DNA of 17,579 nucleotides from a virus (Duplodnaviria; Heunggongvirae; Uroviricota; Caudoviricetes): IMG/VR virus record IMGVR_UViG_2545824714_000011, positions 1 to 17,579 of that record; one strand, 5' to 3'. Shown piece by piece: positions 1 to 6,123 of this stretch (position 1 is its first letter; each line of letters starts with the position of its first letter). The notes under the pieces were generated by a model. It saw only the letters and a program-made list of their open reading frames with translations, ran no database searches and was not told where the DNA came from. The position numbers and the translations under genes were made by a program.

Positions 1-61
1 GGTATCCGTTCTGCTGAAGTGTCATGGCGTTGATTTTACGGTGACTCTTCGACAGTGAAAA

Positions 62-83
62 GAAAAAAGGCCGCAGAGCGGCC
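62..83 (-). terminator. Rho-independent terminator closing the minus-strand int/cargo transcript
   Basis: On the minus strand a GC hairpin (GGCCGC-TCT-GCGGCC, plus 69-83) is followed directly by TTTTTTCTTTTC (plus-strand A-run 62-68). It lies about 110 nt downstream of the stop of the 192-494 ORF. Confidence 0.6.
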
Positions 84-191
84 ATAAACACAAACAAAAA
101 TCAATAAGTTAGATAATTATCAAAGACTTACAGACACACAAAAACACAGCCAACCACAACAAATAACAGAGATGTGGTCACTTTGTGGATC

Positions 192-494
192 TTAAATCCA
201 GTGAAAACCTCTCGCCATTAAGCCAGCTAACCCCAAGGCTGTAGTAATCAACGCACCAAACATGAGCCTGAAATCTGTTGTGCGTATCTTATCAATATCG
301 CCTCTCACATCCTTGAGATCGCTCTTCAGCTCTTCAATATCTCTCTTGATGTATGAGATATCAGACTCCATTCGTGCAACACGGCTATCAAGAGCGAACT
401 CATCACGACTTGCCTGACTTCTGCGATTGCTCACCTGAATTCCTCCTGGATACGGAATGGAAAAACCCGTGATATAAGTATACTCATTCATCAC
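192..494 (-). CDS. Small coiled-coil protein with one C-terminal transmembrane helix (XhlA/holin-associated-like architecture), function unknown
   Basis: 100-aa ORF. A charged heptad-like segment (ESDISYIKRDIEELKSDLKDVRGDIDKIR) is followed by a hydrophobic stretch with small-xxx-small spacing (LMFGALITTALGLAGLMARGF). The start overlaps the stop of the upstream 484-867 ORF by 11 nt, implying co-translation. The XhlA resemblance is by architecture only. Confidence 0.55.
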   Translation of the reverse strand: MMNEYTYITGFSIPYPGGIQVSNRRSQASRDEFALDSRVARMESDISYIKRDIEELKSDLKDVRGDIDKIRTTDFRLMFGALITTALGLAGLMARGFHWI

Positions 495-867
495 CTGACC
501 CTTCCTGGTTTTTTTGCGATCCCAACCAGTTCAATACCGGAGTCACTGCATGCATAGTTATATAACCGCAGTTCTCACAAAAAGATTTGTAGTAATAATT
601 CGCATCACTATCACCTGGGTGACCTGGTTCAAGCCTGAAGTACGTCATAAACTCTTCCCCTTTTTCACCATCCAGGAGTTGTTGGAGATTTAACTTACCT
701 GTAGTGGCAGTTATCTGGGTATCTTTCAGCCCGCACCCAGGGCAAACCACAGTGACGTTTTTTTCATTTAAAAAACGGAAGAATTCTCTTGGCGTTATCG
801 ATTCCAGTTTTTTAATAAACTCCCGTTTTTTCTTTTCCATTTCCCCTGAATGTTCAATATCTTTCAT
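484..867 (-). CDS. Hypothetical protein with two CxxC pairs (putative zinc ribbon)
   Basis: 127-aa ORF with a lysine/glutamate-rich N-terminus and CPGCG ... CENCG motifs about 50 residues apart. Its ATG at 867 lies 11 nt after the integrase stop (878-880) and is preceded by a purine-rich AGGTAGGAAA stretch. Region is visibly more AT-rich than the phage core genes. Confidence 0.5.
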   Translation of the reverse strand: MKDIEHSGEMEKKKREFIKKLESITPREFFRFLNEKNVTVVCPGCGLKDTQITATTGKLNLQQLLDGEKGEEFMTYFRLEPGHPGDSDANYYYKSFCENCGYITMHAVTPVLNWLGSQKNQEGSGDE

Positions 868-877
868 TTTCCTACCT

Positions 878-1849
878 TCAAGCTATTGGATTAAATCTCA
901 CCGCATCCTGCAAGTAATCCGGCGCAAGATGGGCATAAATCATCGTTGTCTGAATCTTTGCGTGCCCCAGAATTTTCTGGAGCGTCAGAATATTGCCGCC
1001 GTTCATCATGAAATGACTGGCGAAGGTGTGGCGCAGCGCATGAACAGCCTGGCCGTCAGGAACATCAGATGCGACCGTTTTGATGACATCGCGAACCAAT
1101 GGATAATCCAGCGTCGGAAACACCAGTTTCCCGCCCCGTTTTTTGATCTTTTCAAACAGGCTTTCAGAAATAGGAACGGTACGGTTTTTGCTGTTCTTCG
1201 TTTTTGAAAAAGTGATTCGACAATGAAGAACACGGCGCTGCTCCAGTACCGCTACCTCGCCCCATCGCGCCCCGGTCGACAGAAGGATTTCGACAGCCAG
1301 CCGTTCATCGGGATTTTCAGCCAGTGCATCCAGTAACTGAACACATTCAGACTTACTCAGATATCCCATTTCGCGCTCGTTAACCTTCATTCCTTTAAGG
1401 CCTTGAACGGGGTTATCGTTAAGAAAATGGCCGGATGAGATGAGTGCGGTAAACATCGCGCTTAACGCCCCAATCTCTCGATTTATGGTGCTGGGCTGTA
1501 TCCCCTGCTCTATCCTGGACACACGTAGCTCGGTGAGCATCGTTGTATTAAGTTTATGCACGCACGGGTCATCCATTGCCTCACTCAAGCGCAGCAATTT
1601 AAGGCGCGTGTTATGCCCTGACTTCATTAGCTGGCCGTGGTATTTCCACCACAAGTCAATAAGCACTGACAGAGGACGGCGATCAATAGAGTTTCCTTTC
1701 CACTCATTGTTATGCTGTTGCGCCAGCACCCACCGCTCATATAAAACTGCATCCGATTTCGTTTTAAATTTTTTGCGAATGCGTTTGCCTTTACGCCCCT
1801 CAGGGCGCATGTCAAGAAGATACCCTCCCGGAATTGATTTTATGCTCAT
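878..1849 (-). CDS. int: P2-type tyrosine integrase
   Basis: The C-terminus carries the tyrosine-recombinase motif block (HALRHTFASHFMMNGGNILTLQKILGHAKIQTTMIYAHL). Start placed at the ATG at 1849 (MSIKS...); the ORF-track start at 1999 is an upstream extension that overlaps the repressor gene. Position next to a C-like repressor fits P2 layout. Confidence 0.9.
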   Translation of the reverse strand: MSIKSIPGGYLLDMRPEGRKGKRIRKKFKTKSDAVLYERWVLAQQHNNEWKGNSIDRRPLSVLIDLWWKYHGQLMKSGHNTRLKLLRLSEAMDDPCVHKLNTTMLTELRVSRIEQGIQPSTINREIGALSAMFTALISSGHFLNDNPVQGLKGMKVNEREMGYLSKSECVQLLDALAENPDERLAVEILLSTGARWGEVAVLEQRRVLHCRITFSKTKNSKNRTVPISESLFEKIKKRGGKLVFPTLDYPLVRDVIKTVASDVPDGQAVHALRHTFASHFMMNGGNILTLQKILGHAKIQTTMIYAHLAPDYLQDAVRFNPIA

Positions 1850-1898
1850 TCGTGAAACCCCAGCGTTACAAGACCACCATGCCCCCAGCGTTCCATGA

Positions 1899-2207
1899 TT
1901 AGCCGGGCTGTGTACCAGTCTTGCGGGGCTTTTGAGAAGACGATGTGTTTTCTGGCCCATCAGGGGAGAGAGAGGGACTGATCTGCCCAGCAGCCTCATT
2001 CGTTTTTCCTGTCATAAGCCAATTCATGTACTTAAAAAAGCGAGGGTGATTAACAATCTTGATAAGCACTTCGCCCCCTATGTTTTCAATCCGCCCCGTT
2101 TCATAACGACGCAAAGTGCCGATAGGCACATCAATCAGGCCGCAAAATTCTTCGCGCGTTAAATCCTCTGATTCACGAATCACTCTAATTTTTTCACCGA
2201 TAAGCAT
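1899..2207 (-). CDS. C: P2 C-type immunity repressor (HTH)
   Basis: The translation MLIGEKIRVIRESEDLTREEFCGLIDVPIGTLRRYETGR...RFFKYMNWLMTGKT resembles P2 C as I recall it. Start set at the ATG at 2207, which has an AGGAA Shine-Dalgarno; the track start at 2243 is a GTG. Divergent from the cox-like gene. Confidence 0.8.
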   Translation of the reverse strand: MLIGEKIRVIRESEDLTREEFCGLIDVPIGTLRRYETGRIENIGGEVLIKIVNHPRFFKYMNWLMTGKTNEAAGQISPSLSPDGPENTSSSQKPRKTGTQPG

Positions 2208-2212
2208 TGACA

Positions 2213-2265
2213 GTGTTCCTATAAGTACACTAAGCTTGCGCACAAGGTGTACTTATAAGTACACC
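2213..2265. promoter_or_regulatory. Immunity-switch operator pair: two copies of an 18-20 bp palindrome between C and cox
   Basis: GGTGTACTTATAAGTACACC at 2246-2265 is a perfect 20-bp palindrome. GTGTTCCTATAAGTACAC at 2213-2230 matches it at 16 of 18 positions. Centres are 34 bp apart. Each contains TATAAG, a near-consensus -10 hexamer, readable on both strands. Confidence 0.6.
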
Positions 2266-2303
2266 AAGTCACAAACAACCACAGATAGCGCAGGTTATCA
2301 CAC

Positions 2304-2582
2304 ATGGCAAAAGTCCTGAACACACACGAACAGGCAGACTTTGAGCGTTTAGCAGCGTTCTATCCCTACCGCGATGAGCATGGGTTACCAGTACTTGAAG
2401 AAAGCCTGAAAGATTACGCAAAGCGTACCAACCAAGCTGTTAACACAGTGAAAAGACAGGCTGACAGAGGTTCAATTCCCATCAACCAAGATGAAAAGAA
2501 CTCAAGACGCACAGTAAATCTTTTCGCTCTTTTCCTGAAAACAATCAGGAGCGCAGAGAAATACGTGCAGATGACAAAATAA
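2304..2582 (+). CDS. cox: Cox/Apl-like excisionase and transcriptional regulator
   Basis: 92-aa ORF divergent from C, first gene of the rightward early operon. The segment DYAKRTNQAVNTVKRQADRGSIPI has the same pattern as the P2 Cox helix-turn-helix as I recall it. Size and position match P2 Cox (91 aa). Confidence 0.6.
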   Translation: MAKVLNTHEQADFERLAAFYPYRDEHGLPVLEESLKDYAKRTNQAVNTVKRQADRGSIPINQDEKNSRRTVNLFALFLKTIRSAEKYVQMTK

Positions 2583-2596
2583 CGAGGTGTCATTTT

Positions 2597-2935
2597 ATGC
2601 TGAAGCAACGCCGTAATTTTCGTACCGGAACAGAACGCCACGCTAACCATTTCGCTACCAACGCATCACGCAGCAACATCCGCTACAGCCTGAGCGAGAC
2701 GCACGCAACACCTGATGGCCACACAGTAAAACAAATTGGCGAACACACCTGGCTAATTGAAAAAGCTGGAATCGTGGTTCACAGATGCCCACGCAATCCG
2801 TTTACCGGAAACCGCATTTTTGCACTAAGCAGCGGCGACAATCAGTTCGGACAGGATTTCACATTATACGAAGCACTTCGCACGGTTGATCGTCTGCTTC
2901 GCGGGCAAAGTTTTATTAAACAGACTGATTTATAA
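2597..2935 (+). CDS. Hypothetical early-operon protein
   Basis: 112-aa ORF starting 15 nt after the cox stop, with GAGG 5 nt upstream of the ATG. No recognisable motif. Confidence 0.5.
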   Translation: MLKQRRNFRTGTERHANHFATNASRSNIRYSLSETHATPDGHTVKQIGEHTWLIEKAGIVVHRCPRNPFTGNRIFALSSGDNQFGQDFTLYEALRTVDRLLRGQSFIKQTDL

Positions 2936-2945
2936 CAGGTGCGTT

Positions 2946-3224
2946 ATGATCAAAGAGCATGCACAAGGTGTATTTATCCGTTTTATTGATTTTCGCGGTG
3001 AACTGTTATTGCGCGCATCAGCTATTGATGGAGTTGTCCCATCAGAAAAAAATGCAGCTACTTACGTTTATCTGAACGGCACGCGCCTGACCGTAGAACT
3101 TCCGTACCAGACTGTACAAGGAATCATTAGCGAAGCTGAAAAAGCACGTAAGATTAATGGCGATGAACCCTATATCGAAATTATTTGTATGGATTCAGAA
3201 GCTGAAATTAAGAAAGCAGATTAA
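2946..3224 (+). CDS. Hypothetical early-operon protein
   Basis: The ATG at 2946 is preceded by AGGTG; 92 aa. The ORF-track start at 2886 overlaps the previous gene and is less likely. Confidence 0.45.
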   Translation: MIKEHAQGVFIRFIDFRGELLLRASAIDGVVPSEKNAATYVYLNGTRLTVELPYQTVQGIISEAEKARKINGDEPYIEIICMDSEAEIKKAD

Positions 3225-3235
3225 AGGGCGTTGCG

Positions 3236-3478
3236 ATGGGCAAAGAATATAAAACTCTCATTAACAAAGCACTTGAGCGTTTTTATTTTCGCTTAAGTGC
3301 ATCAGGTGCTCATGCTGAACGTGCAGCCCGTGACTCATTGACCAGGGCAATCCGGAGTCTGTATGACGTGGCTTTTTACGCTGATGATCTGGATGCACTT
3401 AACGAACTTTCCGAGCTGATCTGTGCCGCAGAATGCGGGGAGCATATTGAACCGTATAAGCTGGGGAATATTGCATGA
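3236..3478 (+). CDS. Hypothetical early-operon protein
   Basis: 80-aa ORF with AAGGG upstream of the start. Its stop overlaps the start of the next small ORF (ATGA). Confidence 0.45.
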   Translation: MGKEYKTLINKALERFYFRLSASGAHAERAARDSLTRAIRSLYDVAFYADDLDALNELSELICAAECGEHIEPYKLGNIA

Positions 3479-3588
3479 GTATATTTATCTCATGGCTTGT
3501 TCTGATTATTTCGGTGGTCTGCGCCATTGGGATTATGCAAATTATTCATTCAGTAAAAAAGATTGAACGCTTTTTCACTGGCGAATAA
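3475..3588 (+). CDS. Putative 37-aa single-pass membrane peptide
   Basis: Below the ORF-track length cut-off. Translation MSIFISWLVLIISVVCAIGIMQIIHSVKKIERFFTGE: one hydrophobic helix then a basic tail. Start overlaps the upstream stop (ATGA), suggesting translational coupling. Confidence 0.35.
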   Translation: MSIFISWLVLIISVVCAIGIMQIIHSVKKIERFFTGE

Positions 3589-3764
3589 CAGCGCAAATAA
3601 AAACCCTAGGTTAAATAAGAAAATGTAAAAACAATCCGCATTCGCGGAGGTATTCGCACACGCCCAGGAGGCGTAATGGCAATTAAGCATTTTCCTGTCG
3701 TTCGTTTCACTTCCAGAGGACGTGAATACGAAGTCGACGAACGCCTGATTGCGGAGGCTGTACG

Positions 3765-4346
3765 GTGAGCGCAGAACTCATGCGACTGCTGAGCAATATC
3801 ATCCGCACCGGGATCATCTCTGAAGTTGATGAGAAGTCCTGGCGCGTGCGCGTTCGCAGCGGCGAACTGGAAACAGGCTGGCTGCGCTGGAACACCACGC
3901 GCGCGGGGGCCTTCAATGTGTGGTTGCCGCCATCACCCGGCGAACAGGTGGTAATAGCCTGCATCGGCGGCAACCCGGAAACCGCCATGATAATTGGCAG
4001 TCTGTGGAGTGATGCCATTCCGGCACCCGGCAAAAGCCTGAAAGAAATCGTGGTCAGCGCGCCGGATGGCGCGGTGTTCCGCTACGACGCGGACGCAGGC
4101 GCACTGAGCGCCAGCGGCATGAAAACGGCCACTTTGCAGGCATCCGTCAGCGTGACACTGGATACGCCCGTCGTGGAATGCACAAACCTTCTGAAAACAG
4201 CCGAGATTGACGTCACAAAAGGGGGAAAGATGAGCGGCAATATCACGCACAGCGGCGGCGATTTCACCTCAAACGGCATCACAGTGCATACGCATAAGCA
4301 CGGTGGCGTTAAAGGTGGCAGCGATTCGACAGGAGGCCCGCAGTGA
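3765..4346 (+). CDS. V: Baseplate spike/assembly protein gpV
   Basis: Similar along its length to P2 gpV as recalled (RTGIISEVDEKSWRVRV...; C-terminal HTHKHGGVKGGSDSTGG). GTG start at 3765 with GGAGG 8 nt upstream; an alternative ATG lies at 3780. Confidence 0.9.
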   Translation: MSAELMRLLSNIIRTGIISEVDEKSWRVRVRSGELETGWLRWNTTRAGAFNVWLPPSPGEQVVIACIGGNPETAMIIGSLWSDAIPAPGKSLKEIVVSAPDGAVFRYDADAGALSASGMKTATLQASVSVTLDTPVVECTNLLKTAEIDVTKGGKMSGNITHSGGDFTSNGITVHTHKHGGVKGGSDSTGGPQ

Positions 4347-4693
4347 CAACCCGCTACACAGGAATGAATCCGGACGGGACGGGAAACCTGAACGATATGG
4401 AGCACCTGAAACAGTCAGTCAGGGATATCCTGACCCCCCCGCTGGCAAGCCGGGTTATGCGACGGGAATATGGCAGCCTTGTGCCTGATTTGATTGACGA
4501 ACCCATGAATAACACCACGCGTCTGCAATGCATGAGTGCTGCCGTGATTGCACTGACACGATGGGAACCCCGCATTGCCCTGGATGCCATCGACGTTGTC
4601 TGGAAAGCGGGAGGCCGCGCCGGGGTGACGCTGTCGGGCACTGTCATGCAGACCATGCAGAATGTTGAATTAACCATCACGCTGAGGGAGTAA
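4343..4693 (+). CDS. W: Baseplate wedge protein gpW (gp25-like)
   Basis: 116 aa. GTG start overlaps the V stop (GTGA), with AGGAGG 6 nt upstream. Motifs typical of P2 gpW (DILTPPLASRVMRREYGS). Confidence 0.9.
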   Translation: MTTRYTGMNPDGTGNLNDMEHLKQSVRDILTPPLASRVMRREYGSLVPDLIDEPMNNTTRLQCMSAAVIALTRWEPRIALDAIDVVWKAGGRAGVTLSGTVMQTMQNVELTITLRE

Positions 4694-4696
4694 ATC

Positions 4697-5593
4697 ATGC
4701 CCGCCGTTGACCTTTCACAGTTACCGGAACCCGCCATCATCGCGGAGCCTGACTTTGAAGCAATTCTGGCTGACACAAAGGCCATGATGATTGCGGCTTA
4801 TCCCGCCGAACAGCGTGAAGCCGTCTCCACCGCGCTGGAACTGGAATCAGAACCACTGAACGTTATCGCTCAAACCATGTCTTTTCGTGAAATGCTGTTA
4901 CGCCAGCGGGTCAATGAGGGTGCACGCGCCTGCATGTTAAGCCACAGCGCCGGGACAGACCTGGACAACCTCGCGGGCAATATGAACACAAAGCGCCTGG
5001 TTATCACTCCGGCAACGGATACCACCGACGCGGTGATGGAGAGCGACACCTCGCTGAGACTGCGGGCGCAGCGGGCGTACGACGGCCTGAGTGTTGCTGG
5101 CCCGTCAGGTGCATACGAGTATTTTGCCCGCAGCGCCAGCGGTCTGGTGCGTGATGCGCGGGCTATCAGTCCGTCTCCGGCAAATGTGACGGTTTCCATT
5201 CTGTCCACTGAAGGCGACGGCACAGCAACGGAGGCGTTGCTTAATACCGTTCGCGCCGTTCTGAATGCAGAGGATACCCGCCCGGTGGCCGACCGCCTGA
5301 CCGTACAGAGCGCCAGAATCGTGACATGGCGGCTGAATGCAAAACTGTACTTTTACCCCGGCCCGGAATCCGAACCTATTCTGGCTGCGGCTGAATCGTC
5401 ATTCAGGAAGTGGCTGGCTGAACAGGGGCTTATCGGTCAGGACGTGGCGTTGTCCGCCATTGCTGCCGCACTGCATGTGCACGGTGTGCAACGCGTGGAA
5501 ATAATCGAACCCACACAGAATATGGCCATCAGCGACATACAGGCGGCGCGCTGTGAGTCATTCACCATCAGCGAAGGTGGACGCAATGAGTAA
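4697..5593 (+). CDS. J: Baseplate assembly protein gpJ
   Basis: 298 aa, immediately after W, typical gpJ size. Stop overlaps the gpI start (ATGAGTAA). Confidence 0.9.
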   Translation: MPAVDLSQLPEPAIIAEPDFEAILADTKAMMIAAYPAEQREAVSTALELESEPLNVIAQTMSFREMLLRQRVNEGARACMLSHSAGTDLDNLAGNMNTKRLVITPATDTTDAVMESDTSLRLRAQRAYDGLSVAGPSGAYEYFARSASGLVRDARAISPSPANVTVSILSTEGDGTATEALLNTVRAVLNAEDTRPVADRLTVQSARIVTWRLNAKLYFYPGPESEPILAAAESSFRKWLAEQGLIGQDVALSAIAAALHVHGVQRVEIIEPTQNMAISDIQAARCESFTISEGGRNE

Positions 5594-6113
5594 TTCGCTG
5601 TTACCACCATCAGCCAGCAATTTCATGCGTTGTGCCGAAGCCGTCGGGACACGCATTACAGACATTCCGGTAGACCTCAACACGCTGTGGTCGCCGGATA
5701 CCTGCCCGGTGCATCTGCTGCCTTATCTCGCCTGGGCATTTTCCGTTGACCGCTGGGATCGCAACTGGCCGGAAGAGACAAAGCGACAGGTGATTCGTGA
5801 TGCATGGCTGATACACCGACACAAGGGAACCATCAGCGCACTGCGCCGGGCCATTGAGCCGCTGGGATATCTCATTCGTGTGTCTGAGTGGTGGGAGTTC
5901 GACGGCGAACCCGGAACATTCAAGGTTGATGTTGGCACGCTGGACAGTGGTGTGACCGAGGAAATGTATCTGGAAATGGAACGGCTGATTGCCGATGCCA
6001 AACCCGCAAGTCGCCACCTTATCGGCCTGAACATTATCCAGGACATTCCTGGCTATCTGTATACAGGCGGTGTGGTCTGTGATGGTGATGTTATTACTGT
6101 TTATCCCGGATAA
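5586..6113 (+). CDS. I: Baseplate protein gpI
   Basis: Start set at the ATG at 5586 (MSNSLLPP...), which overlaps the J stop; the track start at 5553 is upstream in-frame. About 175 aa, matching P2 gpI. Confidence 0.85.
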   Translation: MSNSLLPPSASNFMRCAEAVGTRITDIPVDLNTLWSPDTCPVHLLPYLAWAFSVDRWDRNWPEETKRQVIRDAWLIHRHKGTISALRRAIEPLGYLIRVSEWWEFDGEPGTFKVDVGTLDSGVTEEMYLEMERLIADAKPASRHLIGLNIIQDIPGYLYTGGVVCDGDVITVYPG

Positions 6114-6123
6114 GTGAGAAACA

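Noticed and set aside
704-1898. Plus-strand ORFs 704-1207 and 1440-1898, and minus-strand ORFs 1006-1233 and 1627-1815, lying within the integrase region
   Set aside because: They sit inside or antisense to the well-supported integrase gene in other frames, have no ribosome-binding site or recognisable motif, and are best read as shadow ORFs.
3589-3675. P2-type Ogr-dependent late promoter (TGT-N12-ACA) upstream of the V operon
   Set aside because: The only TGT in this interval is followed after 12 nt by CAT, not ACA. No match found by eye, so no promoter feature is claimed; a matrix search would be needed.
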